Below are positions 42,965-54,274 of a stretch of 64,000 nucleotides of DNA, one piece after another (within the stretch, counting starts at the first letter, position 1; each line of letters opens with the position of its first letter). The stretch spans positions 32,001 through 96,000 of the forward strand of contig CAWCNY010000003.1 in assembly GCA_963797095.1 (NCBI GenBank), read 5' to 3'. Origin of the DNA: an uncultured Chloroflexia bacterium (GTDB taxonomy: Bacteria; Chloroflexota; Chloroflexia; QHBQ01; JADMIH01). The notes under the pieces are model-generated. The model saw nothing but the letters and a program-made list of their open reading frames with translations. It was not told the origin of the DNA and did not search any database. Made by a program: the position numbers and the translations under genes.

Positions 42965-45199
42965 TCAATGTGCAACATCGCGTTCCGTAGGTTTGCCGCT
43001 ACTGGCAGGTGCGGCTGCCGTTGTAGGCGGGCGCCGATGCTGGTTGCGTGTGACCAAGAATCGGAACAAATCAGCCGGGTTCTTCACATTCGGCGCCTCT
43101 GAAACATGCCCGAGGTTGTCCAAGATATACGCACTGTCTCTGCCGTTCTTGCACACGGTAACCGCTAGTTCAGTGGCTTCTGGTATAGTGACCCCAAGCC
43201 TGCTGGCTATCACGCTTGCAGCATCCTGAACCCACCCAGGCACCTGCGTGGAAGGCGGAACTGGTAAGTTGGGCTCCATGGCTTGATAGGTGGAAGCACA
43301 ATCATTCGGGACATGCGCGTCGGCCTCCAAAGTGCTCGGATGGCTCTCCTTCGGCGCGATAATTTCGGTAATCTGGTGTCTCGACCGGTTCGCGATAGGT
43401 GAACCTCCCACGGCCGGTAAGACGGGTAATCGTGGTGCTGCTTCAAGACGACCTGTCTCGTTATAGAGGCGCAGAGCCTGGGCATTGGAGGCGTCCTGGA
43501 TAAGCTCACTGTCGAGTTGCACGACTGTCGGAGGCGTGACCTCGCCTCGGCTATCCCTCATCTCAATGAGCACATGGAATTGAGGTAGTGCGCGGATCTC
43601 TGATGGAAGAAAGTCCGGGCGCTCGCGCACCTGTACGCTGCTCCCGTTTGATTGCTGAAGGCTTGAGCTTGAGGCTCTTGAAGATTGCTGCCTTAGTCCG
43701 CTTACGGACGGGCTCAATAAATCTCCGGTCCCGTGACCGCTACCCCTGCTTTGACTGCTGTTGCGTCCCAGGTTCGTGCTCTGGTTGTGCACGGTGTAGG
43801 GACGCTCCTGGCTGCCGAACAACTTACTGAATTTGTCTGCGTCGAAGTTGCCCACTCCCGCCATAACAAGTTTGTTTCCTGCGACAGAGAGGATGTCTTC
43901 TCGCAAGGCGGGCTCGGTGATCTGGCTGAGGTTCTGAAATGCCAGCATGTAACAGCCGCGGTTCTCTCGTGCCATCGCCATTCCTTTTGCGATCGTGGGG
44001 GTAACAAAGTTATGGGCTTCGTCTATTACAGCGGCTTTCAGGATAGCTTTGTTGCAGTCGGGCGAGATCACGGCATAGGTAAACTGCGCGAGCACCAGCC
44101 TGCCCACTATGGGGGCAACCCTGGGGTGGCGACCTACGGGCAAAACGAAGCGTACGCGGACGGGCTGTCGTATCAGTTGCTCGATGCTGTAGCCGCTACT
44201 TGAGGTAGTCAGTAGATCGGCTATCTCCCCTCTGGCGAGAGGGGCAAGGGCTGTGTCCAGGCTACCCAGAGCATCATTTTTCTGAGCTGATAACTGGTTT
44301 ATGCGCTGCAGGTCGAGGAGCTCCTCACAATCCTCTGAGAGCCCGGCGTTCAGTAGCTCCTGCGCCAGGTCTTCGCGCGCTTGCGGATCGCGTAAGTATG
44401 CGAGCAGTCGCTTCAGACCAGGCATCTCGTCGTATGCCTGGTGATGCGCAGCAACGAGACTGGCCATCGTGTCTTTGGCGTTGTTGGCAAAATATGCCTT
44501 GTTCATGCCCATGTCGGGCACCAGCGCTTCGCCCAGCCTCTCTCCCATCTCGCGCGGTGTACGGCCGCTCCAGACGTTGAGGCGCATGCTTGTGTGTGGA
44601 TCGTCGAGGTCGAAGTTGAGGTGGAAGTGCCTGGGGTGGAAGTCATCTCCTTTGGCATCGAAATAGAGGGCTGCCGCCCCGGTTCTCTTGAACAGATAAA
44701 GGGCCGGCTCTAGCACGCTACGAGTCTTGCCGCTGCCGGTGGGTGCCACTACTATGAGATGAGTTCGCAGGTGCTCTGCTGTGAGCTTACACAGATCGCT
44801 AGTGGGTTCTAGCTGGAACTCACCTGGATCGGGGCTCCATGTACGACTATATACCCGCCCCAGCACCCATTCATTGATATTGGGGGGAGCTACTTCATTG
44901 CCGGCTTGTGGATGCTTGGTTGTAGCATGGCCAGCTGCCCAGCGGTCAAACACAACAACAGATGCAATTGCAAAGATGAGGAGCGCGCTTCCCACGGGCG
45001 GAATAGGGTTGGATAGTGGCCACACAGGACCTGGCCGAGTAAAGGGCGGCGCCGTTGCGCCCGCCCAAATAAGTCGCAAGTTTTGGACGATCAGGAAGAG
45101 CGCAGGGCCTGCAATTATGAAATACATAACGCCCACGAATGGCTGTTCCCTGGACCTGGCTAACAGATATCCAAGCAGTTTCCGGGCGAGCTCCAGCAC
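42965..45199 (-). CDS. VirD4/TraD-type conjugative coupling protein
   Basis: Two N-terminal TM helices, Walker A APTGSGKT, FDAKGD, Walker B IDEAH, and AFQNLSQI. Confidence 0.88.
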   Translation of the reverse strand: MLELARKLLGYLLARSREQPFVGVMYFIIAGPALFLIVQNLRLIWAGATAPPFTRPGPVWPLSNPIPPVGSALLIFAIASVVVFDRWAAGHATTKHPQAGNEVAPPNINEWVLGRVYSRTWSPDPGEFQLEPTSDLCKLTAEHLRTHLIVVAPTGSGKTRSVLEPALYLFKRTGAAALYFDAKGDDFHPRHFHLNFDLDDPHTSMRLNVWSGRTPREMGERLGEALVPDMGMNKAYFANNAKDTMASLVAAHHQAYDEMPGLKRLLAYLRDPQAREDLAQELLNAGLSEDCEELLDLQRINQLSAQKNDALGSLDTALAPLARGEIADLLTTSSSGYSIEQLIRQPVRVRFVLPVGRHPRVAPIVGRLVLAQFTYAVISPDCNKAILKAAVIDEAHNFVTPTIAKGMAMARENRGCYMLAFQNLSQITEPALREDILSVAGNKLVMAGVGNFDADKFSKLFGSQERPYTVHNQSTNLGRNSSQSRGSGHGTGDLLSPSVSGLRQQSSRASSSSLQQSNGSSVQVRERPDFLPSEIRALPQFHVLIEMRDSRGEVTPPTVVQLDSELIQDASNAQALRLYNETGRLEAAPRLPVLPAVGGSPIANRSRHQITEIIAPKESHPSTLEADAHVPNDCASTYQAMEPNLPVPPSTQVPGWVQDAASVIASRLGVTIPEATELAVTVCKNGRDSAYILDNLGHVSEAPNVKNPADLFRFLVTRNQHRRPPTTAAAPASSGKPTERDVAH

Positions 45200-45695
45200 G
45201 AGATTTATCGTCCTCAGAAACGCGTCTTCTTCTACTGGCGGGATGCGATGTTTGGGGCCTCATACCTCGCGCTCCTCCTTTTGGTTGGCGCTACCCTTCT
45301 CGATGCCCTCACTCTCAAAATCCCTCACCCCACAGGATTGCTGGTCTCCTGTGCCATCCTGGGGTAAACCCAACATTACTGCATTTTGACGCAATGTAGT
45401 GGGCCTGTCATTTTAGCGCCGTAGTGTCACGTTAGTCCTTAATCGTCCCCGCGCGAGCCTTTGGGCGTTACTGAGTGCAACTCTAGCTGTCCCCGGTTTG
45501 TGACTTTCATTGTCACTGCTTCACATCTGAACCGTTTCCTGCTCTGTACAGATAATTAGCATCCGTGGAGTTATTAACCCATTGATCTTATGATGCAACT
45601 CCACTCGTTGGAAGAATTAGATACTAGTACTGGTCCTAATACTTGTCCAAATGGTATTCTAAGTAATTGATGAGTAAACCGCGGTTTGGTATCTA

Positions 45696-45724
45696 TTGCC
45701 TTTGCGGCCATTTTGAAGTACAAT
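45696..45724 (+). promoter_or_regulatory. Sigma70-type promoter for the cargo genes
   Basis: TTGCCT, 17 bp, TACAAT. Confidence 0.55.
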
Positions 45725-45815
45725 GGACATGAACGACGATCCGATATTGGCGATCAATCATAGTGTTCAGGGCCATTTATGCTCACTATGAGATCTCCCT
45801 CCAGAGGTGCCCTCT

Positions 45816-48800
45816 ATGTCTCGCTTGCTCTCGCCTTCCACACATACACATGTAGGCACATTGAAGTCTGGCACCGCCAGTTGTGATGGTATTCCGAATA
45901 CATCTTCCAAAATACAGACCCCACTTAGTCAGAGTCCTTTCACGACCCCATTGCGCCTTCATTTTCAACGATGGTCTATTTTCGTGCTTTTGTTAGGAGT
46001 TGCGATAATCGGCGTCTTATTACGCTACTATCCTGCTGCTAGTTCCGCAAGCGCCTTCCGCCGAGTCAGCCCGTTGTCTACATGGGTAACGGGAGATGTC
46101 TTCGTAGCCATAAGTGCTGGAACTTACGCCGTCTACGATCACTCAGGAGCTCTCAAGGATTCAGTTTTTTTGCCAACGGGTGGCGAAACTACTGGTTGTG
46201 CCTTCGATGTACAAGCGAACCTATATACAACAGCATGGGAGAACAGCATCGTCTTCAAAGTGGATGGCGCCGATCCCCACGATGTTCTCCAGACTATGGA
46301 TCCAACCCTTCATGGCGGTTCCCACCCCGAATCGATTGCCTTCGCTCGTAATGGCGATTTCTATGTGGGAGTTACGTTCGGCAACGCAGACATACAGAAA
46401 TATAACGCGGCTGGAGTTTGGCAACAGAATTATGATGTAGCTGGCGAAGGTGCTGGCTCAGATTGGATTGACCTGTCCAGCGACCAGCATACAATGTTCT
46501 ATACGTCTGAAGGCAGGCATATCAAACGTTATGACTTGGCTACAAACCAGCAATTATCGGACTTTGCTACACTTCCCGGCACTGGTACTGCTTTTGCGTT
46601 CCGCCTATTGCCTCCAGGCGATGGAACAGGCGGTCTACTTGTCGCTGATGGAGATGACATCTTACGTCTGAACGGTAGCGGCCAAGTCGTGCAAACATAC
46701 GATGTAAGCGGTGCGAACTTTTGGTTTGGCTTGAACATTGATCCTGTTAATAATGGTGCCTCGTTTTGGACAGGTGATTCTGAAAGCCGAAGTCTTTATC
46801 GGTTCAACATCGCAACTGGTGCTGTGGAGGTCAATGTCCCTGGTATTACGACTCTTATCATGGCGGGAATTTGTGTCAAGGGTGAGGTCACTGCCGGGCA
46901 ACCCACAGCTACTCCCACACCTATCGCCACTCCCACCACAACCCCCGTACCGACTATCACATGTGTAGCAGGGTCGGCTTGGTGTACTCAGCTTGGTGTG
47001 AACGTTGGCACCGGCTCAAACGAATTAAGGGGTATCGTTGCCACAAGCAATGACGATGTGTGGGCCGTTGGAGGGTATGATATAACAGTTCAAGGTGGTC
47101 AACCGCTTGTGGAGCGTTGGAACGGCACTATGTGGTCCACATCGAGTCCTGTCCCCACTATCGGCATCTTGAATGGTGTGGCAGCGCTCGCCAGCAATGA
47201 TGTGTGGGCTGTGAGTGATAATGGTGTTATCCATTGGAAGGGCACTAGCTGGGCGACGTCCCCAGCCCCCAACGGAGCTAAGGCAGTTGCTGTTTATGCA
47301 ACAGTCTCACCTGCAGCATATGACGTCTGGGCCGTTGGCGCAACTAATGTAGAGCACTATGATGGCGTATCATGGTCCATAAGTACCCCCGTTCCAAGTG
47401 GAGGTGTACTTAACGGAGTAGCAGCCATAGATCATAACAATGTTTGGGCTGTTGGTAATATGGGAACAAACCCATTAGCCATGCACTACACTGGTAGTTG
47501 GACCACAGTAGCTATCCCAACCCCTACAGCTGCATCCGTCGTTACATTGAATAGCGTTGATGCTTACAGTTCGGACAGCGTGTGGGTTGTCGGTTCTTAC
47601 TATGCCAATGATTACTATCACACTCTAGTCGAATACTGGGACGGCGCTACCTGGCGCATTGTCCCTAGCCCCAACCCAAGCCAAGAGGGGAATTACTTGT
47701 ACAAGGTGTATGTAACGTTTCCGGGAGATGTATGGGCTGTGGGCGCTTATGATAATAGCCCATTGAAGGCACCGCAGGATTCGGTCACCCTGGGCCAGAA
47801 GACGCTTATCTTGCACTGGAATGGTCAATCGTGGGACCAGATAGACAGCATATCGCCTGGTGTGGGTAGCCAGCTTCTGGCGATTACGGGAGCAACGTCA
47901 CTATCGAGTGCTGGCAAAATAATCAGCAGCAATTGGGCGGTGGGTAGCTACATAAATAGCGGTCTTAGCCCATCGCAAACCCTGATAGAGCACATCACGC
48001 CTCCTACAGCACCTGTCCGCACAAGGAGTTATTACGAGCAAACAACAAACAAGGCCATACATCACCAACAAGGGTGCGCAGCCGCCAATCAGGATCCTAG
48101 CAACAACCCCAACGGTTTGGTGATACTAGATTACGGTCAACCAAAGGATTGGCCAGCACCGACCTCACATGACTGGGGTACGTTTCTGATAACTGATCTC
48201 TGTCATCCACTACCTGTCTCAGCGCGTAAGGCCCGCATAACTGACATAATGGCGGCAGTAGAGAGCTTTATGGATGGATATGTTGAGTGCGAACTAACAG
48301 GTCTTACTCAACTTCACATAGCGGTCTCTATTAACAATGATAATATGGCTAATGTTAGCGGAAGTCCGGCACTCAATGCCGGCCACGCCGCTGCTTGGGC
48401 ACAGATGGTGAGCAATCTCCAAGACTATGCAAAGGGTTATCCAGAAATATTTGTTTCAGCAGGAATCGATGCGGAACCTAACTTCGACCCAGGCAATTTT
48501 GGAACAGGATTATCGGACACAGAAATATGGATGCAAGCTTACAGTGACGCTAGCGTTAGTCCTGTATTCAATTTTGGCAGTCTTGATGGCTATCCTTGCA
48601 GACCTTCGGGTTATCCCGGTTTCCCACCGCCCCGTCCATGCCGCGGTGACTCTTGGGATCAAGATAGAGATTATAACGTTACGTGGGGTATAGAAGCAGC
48701 CCGACCCGCTCCTGAGATATATAACTCAGGCTGGGCTAGGGATTGGTATATCGTGAAACGTTGGGGTATGGAACGTTACCCAGACAAAGCACCTATGCAA

Positions 48801-48986
48801 TTTAAAGGCGTGATGAGCGAATGTAACGCTGGTTTCCCCATCTGCCAATCTAATTTCCCTGATGGTGGTCGTGGACTAGAATATCGCCAAGCATGGTCTA
48901 TTCTTTGGTTGGAACTCAATTCCGATCCCGTAACTGGCCTGTATCCTGATTGGGCAACCTATATCGACCTCAGTGCTCAACAATGA
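45816..48986 (+). CDS. Large secreted multidomain protein (two beta-propeller regions plus a C-terminal alpha/beta domain)
   Basis: TM/signal segment, SGL-like propeller, Pro/Thr linker, DVWAVG...HW.G..W repeats, and a C-terminal domain starting GLVILDYGQP. Confidence 0.8.
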   Translation: MSRLLSPSTHTHVGTLKSGTASCDGIPNTSSKIQTPLSQSPFTTPLRLHFQRWSIFVLLLGVAIIGVLLRYYPAASSASAFRRVSPLSTWVTGDVFVAISAGTYAVYDHSGALKDSVFLPTGGETTGCAFDVQANLYTTAWENSIVFKVDGADPHDVLQTMDPTLHGGSHPESIAFARNGDFYVGVTFGNADIQKYNAAGVWQQNYDVAGEGAGSDWIDLSSDQHTMFYTSEGRHIKRYDLATNQQLSDFATLPGTGTAFAFRLLPPGDGTGGLLVADGDDILRLNGSGQVVQTYDVSGANFWFGLNIDPVNNGASFWTGDSESRSLYRFNIATGAVEVNVPGITTLIMAGICVKGEVTAGQPTATPTPIATPTTTPVPTITCVAGSAWCTQLGVNVGTGSNELRGIVATSNDDVWAVGGYDITVQGGQPLVERWNGTMWSTSSPVPTIGILNGVAALASNDVWAVSDNGVIHWKGTSWATSPAPNGAKAVAVYATVSPAAYDVWAVGATNVEHYDGVSWSISTPVPSGGVLNGVAAIDHNNVWAVGNMGTNPLAMHYTGSWTTVAIPTPTAASVVTLNSVDAYSSDSVWVVGSYYANDYYHTLVEYWDGATWRIVPSPNPSQEGNYLYKVYVTFPGDVWAVGAYDNSPLKAPQDSVTLGQKTLILHWNGQSWDQIDSISPGVGSQLLAITGATSLSSAGKIISSNWAVGSYINSGLSPSQTLIEHITPPTAPVRTRSYYEQTTNKAIHHQQGCAAANQDPSNNPNGLVILDYGQPKDWPAPTSHDWGTFLITDLCHPLPVSARKARITDIMAAVESFMDGYVECELTGLTQLHIAVSINNDNMANVSGSPALNAGHAAAWAQMVSNLQDYAKGYPEIFVSAGIDAEPNFDPGNFGTGLSDTEIWMQAYSDASVSPVFNFGSLDGYPCRPSGYPGFPPPRPCRGDSWDQDRDYNVTWGIEAARPAPEIYNSGWARDWYIVKRWGMERYPDKAPMQFKGVMSECNAGFPICQSNFPDGGRGLEYRQAWSILWLELNSDPVTGLYPDWATYIDLSAQQ

Positions 48987-49043
48987 CTTAGAATTTGATA
49001 CTCTATAACCAATCGCCATGTTCATGAATAAGAGGATCACTAT

Positions 49044-49880
49044 ATGAGCCAGCACCAAAAGCAGCAAAGCAAATCTCGTGCATTTGTTCAAGTTCTTGCA
49101 ACATCGTCCCTGATTATGCTCGGCCTCCTATTAGTGGCCTGCGGGACTATTAAGTCCACTGATGAAGGTTCAGTACCTCAGGTTGCGACTGCTATTGCTA
49201 CTGTGACCACTATCGCCAGTTCGACAGCAGGTTCTTCAGCAACTGCCCAGCTAACGCCGCAAGTAACGGAAACAAGCCCGCCTGTGGCTACAATGGAACG
49301 TACTCTAATACCCGGAACTCAAGCTCCCACCTGGGTGCCAAGAACAAGAACCTTCGTACCTAAACCTACATATGTTCCCGGAGATAGCAAGTCTGCGTTT
49401 GATACACGTGTGGCACAGAACCAAGCTACCAGATGGGCTATTCTCGATTTGACACCTTCCAACACTCCCGGCTCTCCCACAGCAACTTCCACCCCAGCAC
49501 CCACTGCTACAGAGATCATTGGCTGGACGCCATTTTGTGGTGGCGCGGCAAACTCATATGAAAACCAGTATGCAAGTTGCTGGCAATTGATAATGAACGG
49601 GCATCTTTACAGTATTTGGGCAGGACGATTTGGGTATCTATCTGATGAGGGACAAGGGTTGATTACAGTTTATGAAATGGGCACTGACAACAGGTTTGAC
49701 TTGATCGGAACTTACCTGACACCATCAAGACAGGGGAGCGTGGAGATAGCCGCAGTTGATGGCACCAGAGTTTACCTAGTGCAATCCCAATCAGTTCAAC
49801 CACCCGATATTGATGTAACCCCTATTCCCAACTTTGTGTTTGTGTTTGATCTAGCTACTCTACAATGGGTCTCGCCATAG
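49044..49880 (+). CDS. Lipoprotein of unknown function
   Basis: Lipobox LLVAC, Thr/Pro linker, and a beta-rich domain homologous to 15257-16335. Confidence 0.8.
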   Translation: MSQHQKQQSKSRAFVQVLATSSLIMLGLLLVACGTIKSTDEGSVPQVATAIATVTTIASSTAGSSATAQLTPQVTETSPPVATMERTLIPGTQAPTWVPRTRTFVPKPTYVPGDSKSAFDTRVAQNQATRWAILDLTPSNTPGSPTATSTPAPTATEIIGWTPFCGGAANSYENQYASCWQLIMNGHLYSIWAGRFGYLSDEGQGLITVYEMGTDNRFDLIGTYLTPSRQGSVEIAAVDGTRVYLVQSQSVQPPDIDVTPIPNFVFVFDLATLQWVSP

Positions 49881-50034
49881 CACTCAGAGCGGATAACTTC
49901 TAGTAGGTAACAAGGCTATTGACGTGGGGGAAAATCACACAACAGACTAGCAGGCTATACGGGTGAGTTTATAGTGCGGCGAGGAACCCTGTGCCTTTAC
50001 AGGCCTCAAAATAACCAGTCAGCGCTAAGAATTA

Positions 50035-50820
50035 TCAGATCGGAAATCTCCCGATCACCTCATTGTATTCCCGCTGTGCATCGCTCATTGCCAGTCGAGA
50101 ATAGATTTCTAGTGACTGGCGGCTCGCATGCCCGGAGTATGGCTGGATTGCAGCATCATCGATCCCTTGTTTCTTCAACCAGGTCAGTAGGAAGTGGCGC
50201 AATTTGTGGGGTGATATCGCCTGGGCGAACCCTGCCGCCTGGCTGTAGCGTGCCAGGATCTTACGCACACCACGCTCACTGTAAGGCTTCTTCCAACTCG
50301 ACTCAAAGAGGTAACTGGCATCTTTGTGGCGCATCGTCTGTATGTGCAACCCCAACGCCTCTTTGAACGTCGCCGGGAATGGCACCCGCCGGTCTTTGCC
50401 CCCCTTGCCACCGTTGATGCTGATTTGGCACTGCCCAAGGTCTATATCGGCAAGCTGAATCTTCACCAACTCGCCGACACGTACTCCTGTGACCAATAAC
50501 AGCTTGATCAATATTACGTCCTGCAGATTCTTGCTCTCCCACACCACTCGGTAGTAGCGCTGTATTTCCTCCTCTGTTGGTACGTAGGGCAGTTTCTGCT
50601 GCTGACGAGGAACCTTAATCTCCAGTTCCGTTCGCAGATGTCGGAACAACTCCTTCATATATATGTAGTCAGGCCGCTCTCCCCGCAGATACTTTGCTAA
50701 CTCCTTTGCCTTCTTGCGCGCCGGTGTTCGGGAGGTTCGTACCGATGTCTTCGTTGCTGTTCCTTCGGTTTCTTTGCTTGCTGTAAGTTCTTTGTTTACG
50801 TCATTCTCCAATCTGCTCAT
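50035..50820 (-). CDS. Tyrosine recombinase (probable Tn3 cointegrate resolvase)
   Basis: GVRVGE, GKGGK, HKLRH, SGH, EIY. Overlaps the tnpA stop codon. Confidence 0.9.
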   Translation of the reverse strand: MSRLENDVNKELTASKETEGTATKTSVRTSRTPARKKAKELAKYLRGERPDYIYMKELFRHLRTELEIKVPRQQQKLPYVPTEEEIQRYYRVVWESKNLQDVILIKLLLVTGVRVGELVKIQLADIDLGQCQISINGGKGGKDRRVPFPATFKEALGLHIQTMRHKDASYLFESSWKKPYSERGVRKILARYSQAAGFAQAISPHKLRHFLLTWLKKQGIDDAAIQPYSGHASRQSLEIYSRLAMSDAQREYNEVIGRFPI

Positions 50821-53800
50821 ACAACAGCCTCCATCAAGGGCAATCGCTCCTCCATGTTCAAGCGGAACAGACCATATGGGTTGATATGGCTGTAGATCAG
50901 AGGAGTGAGTGCTCGCAGGTCTTCCGGCTTCATTCGCTCAAGCCAACCCTCCTCGCCAAGCACCTCCTGCAACATCAGTGTGTTAACGTAGACCAGGCAA
51001 TTCTGCACCAGGTGCAGTGCAAGCAGACCGAGTTCCTGGTCGTCCCGGCTGTTGCTGGCTAACTCTCCACCTCGCCCATAAAAGATGAAGCCGTTTGCTG
51101 AATTCCAATTCTCGATAACGTTCAATCCCTCGTGGATTTCCCGCCGCAGTGCTTCTGAACGTAGGTAGCGACAAAGGAAGATAGTCTTTATGGCCTTTCC
51201 CAGTTCGGCTAGTGCTTGATAGGTCGGGTGTTGCAGGTTGTTGCGAGTGAAGCGTCGCAGAATTGCCTCCGTTTCGGCGGTTCCCAGACGCAAAGCAGTT
51301 GCGTACTTCATCATTTGATCGTACTGCTGACGGATCAGGTCCCACTGAATAGGTCTGGTGAGGATCAACTGCAGATTTGGGTATGCGTCAGGTTTTCCGA
51401 TGTCTGGGCGGTAGAGTTTCTGCGCGTGAATAGCCTTGAGCCTGGGCAACAGGTCGAAATTCAAGAGCTTGCAGAAGGCAAACGCTACCTCCGACTGGCC
51501 ATGGGAGTCGACGAAGTTGCGCTCAACCTCCATCGTGGTGCAATGCCGAAGCAAGCCTTCCAGCATGGCGGCCACCTCAGAGGACGAACAACTCTTGAGT
51601 TGCGAGTAGATACAAACCGTACTCTTCTCCACTGACCAATACACCATAACCCCGGGGCCGCGGTAGCGGATATGCCACTCGGTCAACAGGTTCTGGTCCC
51701 ATGCTCCGAATTTCTTGGAGTCAGACACGCATGTCGTCGTGCCCTCGCCCCATATCTGGGGTAGACGCTGAGCGAAAATCGCGTTGGCCACTGTGGCATT
51801 GGCAGCGCGTAACTGCTCACGATCCAGGAAGCGGCGCCGCACATATTGTAGATCCTTGTACGCTTCTCCATGGTCACCGGCGCAGACCCGCTTGAGACCG
51901 GTATTGGTGCCCAGCGCATACAAGCACAAGAGCAAGCGCTTTTGCAGCGTTGAGCGGTCGAGCACTTCCCATGCGGTCGCGCTCTTGAAGTGATTGGTGA
52001 ACCCAACACGTAGGTCCGTTTCCTTCAGGATATCCAACAGAGAGGTCATAGGCCAACGGGCGAAGACGGCAGCTTTTAGCTGGTTCAGGTTACGAGGCTC
52101 CGGCTGCGCATCGAGCGGGGTTAGAGATATCCAACCGCCACCACGGTTCAAAAGGCGCACCTTCTGATTCTTGGGTAACGTTCGGTCCAGTTCCCCTAAC
52201 TCATGGGTCAATTGTTGCTGTAGGTCATGGATGAAGCTCTCCACATCTAATGGCTTCTCTAACGCTTCGTAGTAGGCAGCACGGTGTATATCGAAGTCGG
52301 GCGGCAAGTCCTCTTCAGGATTACGGTAGTGATCGGCGCCCAGCACCCATATTTCTTTACAACGCAGCCTCTCGCGTAACGTTTCCAGCACGCATAGCTC
52401 ATAGTTGATGCGGTTCAGGCGAGGCTGACCGTACTTGTCTTCACCGATAACTATTGGCCTCCAGGGTGACCGGATGACCCCTTCAATCGGCACGGTTTCT
52501 CCTGGTGGATAGTATTGGATGCTGCTCTCAGCGTATTTCTTCAGCAATGCGAGGGCGGAGACCAGCGGTCGATGCACATTGTTATTGGAGTGGAACTCTA
52601 GCACCTCCAGGATACGAGGCACCATACGGCGGTAGTGGTGGCTGTATGAGGAGCGCATACGCAGATGGACCTCCTGTTGATAGGTGCGGCTCGCTTTGTA
52701 CTCCTCAGATACATGGCGCAGGGTTTCCTCACTTACTACAGGGAAGGCGACTTCTTTGACCAAGCCGTCTGGATTGGCAACCAATGCACCGGCCAATTGG
52801 CCGAACATGGCGTTCTTACCCTCGACCTTACGCAACTCGGCCACAAACTGCTGGGTAACCTTCTTCTCAGCCCGCGCTCCAATAGCATGTACAATATCTA
52901 TGAGCAGTTCCACCAGGTTGTCTGTGATCTCCTGTCGGCGCAGATAGCAGTAGGCGGCAACCAGCGTGTAGCGAATGTTGTCGGGGTGGCGGCGTAGTTC
53001 GTACAGTTCTTCGGCGACAGCACGCTGGCGATAGCCGGTCAGTACTTTCGGAGAAAGCCCGGCAAACAGGCTGGCCGGTAAATCCAATTCACGTAGTCGA
53101 GCTAGCTTACCTATCTCGGTCAGTGCGCTTTCGAGGCTTGGTCGGCCAGGGTCATGCCGCAACTCCAGCCAGAAGGGGCGGTCGTCAAGCTCGTTGTAAT
53201 TGGAACTGTTTACGCTGTTTGCTGCTTCAACACTCACACTACTCATACTTGCTGACATAGACCTAGAGGTGGTCACATGCAACAACTTCTGGAGACTCTG
53301 CTTGGTAGTTACGGACAAGCGCCCGGAGATGTCTACGAACAGGCGCTCCTCATAGGTGTGGAAAGCCGAGCGGATTAGGCGCATAATGGGATCAGGCGCA
53401 GGAGGCTCGATGTGCAACTGCCGGAAGCGAGCATAGACCAGTTCCTTGAGGTGTTCAATATCCTGGTCCTGAGCGAGTACATAATTGCAAAGCCAATCAC
53501 TCACCTCCTCTGTATCCGCTCGCAAGGCCTCACGAAAGCCAAAGAAGTCGCGGATTTGCACGCGGTGATTGCTAATCATGCGGCCACGCCAGTCGTAGCG
53601 CAGGTATTCGTCGGCTTCCACGCTCACCTGTTTGGCAACATAGCTAACGACCAGGCGAGGGATTTCGTTCTTGGCTTGGGGAAAGCGAGCTTCTAATTGG
53701 AAGAACTTGAGCAGAACGGCGAAGCCGAGGCGTGTGGGGCCGGTTTTGTTACCCATCAACTCCAGTTCCTTGGGCAACAGGGTCCAGTGCTCGACCAGTT

Positions 53801-53825
53801 CTTCGGTAGTCCAGTTGCGCTTCAT
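50817..53825 (-). CDS. tnpA: Tn3-family transposase
   Basis: 1002 aa. DUF4158-like N-terminus ([11 protein letters not shown]), [24 protein letters not shown]. Confidence 0.96.
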   Translation of the reverse strand: MKRNWTTEELVEHWTLLPKELELMGNKTGPTRLGFAVLLKFFQLEARFPQAKNEIPRLVVSYVAKQVSVEADEYLRYDWRGRMISNHRVQIRDFFGFREALRADTEEVSDWLCNYVLAQDQDIEHLKELVYARFRQLHIEPPAPDPIMRLIRSAFHTYEERLFVDISGRLSVTTKQSLQKLLHVTTSRSMSASMSSVSVEAANSVNSSNYNELDDRPFWLELRHDPGRPSLESALTEIGKLARLRELDLPASLFAGLSPKVLTGYRQRAVAEELYELRRHPDNIRYTLVAAYCYLRRQEITDNLVELLIDIVHAIGARAEKKVTQQFVAELRKVEGKNAMFGQLAGALVANPDGLVKEVAFPVVSEETLRHVSEEYKASRTYQQEVHLRMRSSYSHHYRRMVPRILEVLEFHSNNNVHRPLVSALALLKKYAESSIQYYPPGETVPIEGVIRSPWRPIVIGEDKYGQPRLNRINYELCVLETLRERLRCKEIWVLGADHYRNPEEDLPPDFDIHRAAYYEALEKPLDVESFIHDLQQQLTHELGELDRTLPKNQKVRLLNRGGGWISLTPLDAQPEPRNLNQLKAAVFARWPMTSLLDILKETDLRVGFTNHFKSATAWEVLDRSTLQKRLLLCLYALGTNTGLKRVCAGDHGEAYKDLQYVRRRFLDREQLRAANATVANAIFAQRLPQIWGEGTTTCVSDSKKFGAWDQNLLTEWHIRYRGPGVMVYWSVEKSTVCIYSQLKSCSSSEVAAMLEGLLRHCTTMEVERNFVDSHGQSEVAFAFCKLLNFDLLPRLKAIHAQKLYRPDIGKPDAYPNLQLILTRPIQWDLIRQQYDQMMKYATALRLGTAETEAILRRFTRNNLQHPTYQALAELGKAIKTIFLCRYLRSEALRREIHEGLNVIENWNSANGFIFYGRGGELASNSRDDQELGLLALHLVQNCLVYVNTLMLQEVLGEEGWLERMKPEDLRALTPLIYSHINPYGLFRLNMEERLPLMEAVV

Positions 53826-54274
53826 CAGGTTTCACTCTCAGACTTGAGGTGCGGCAAGCAGTTTGCAGAGAAGTTCCCATAAGACATGGTGACGGCACTT
53901 CCTGTTCGCTTCGCCGGTACCGCCGAGTATATCTTCTTGAGCGAGTGAGCACAAATCAGGCGTGAGCCAGCCGTTCCTCAGGCACGGGCACAGACTCGAC
54001 AAAGTGAAAATGTGCATAAGTTCCAACTCCAAAACGGAGAAGGGAACCGAATACCTCTTTGGACATACCCGCTTTCGACCCGTTACATTGCGTCAAAATG
54101 CAGCATTGTTGGGTTTACCCCATATAAGCGCCACGCTCATTCTCCGATGAGTACGGCTTAGTTTCTGGTTCATGGTTTCGTCGCTCCTCTTTTGCTCTGC
54201 AAAATCGCATGACATACGATCGAGCAAATACTTCGAAGTGTGTTTGAGAATAGAGTTTACAGCCACGACTGAGG

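Larger units (their letters stand above)
45361..54121 (-). mobile_element. Tn3-family transposon with a tyrosine-recombinase resolvase and two cargo genes
   Basis: 38-bp IRs GGGGTAAACCCAACA(TTA/ATG)CTGCATTTTGACGCAATGTA at 45361-45398 and 54084-54121. The flanks ATCCT and ATATA do not form a TSD. Confidence 0.88.

Noticed and set aside
44946-45263. 105-aa ORF with a strong RBS, or a frameshifted true start of the coupling protein
   Set aside because: It overlaps the coupling-protein gene out of frame, and GTG at 45199 has its own plausible RBS. It cannot be resolved without homologs.
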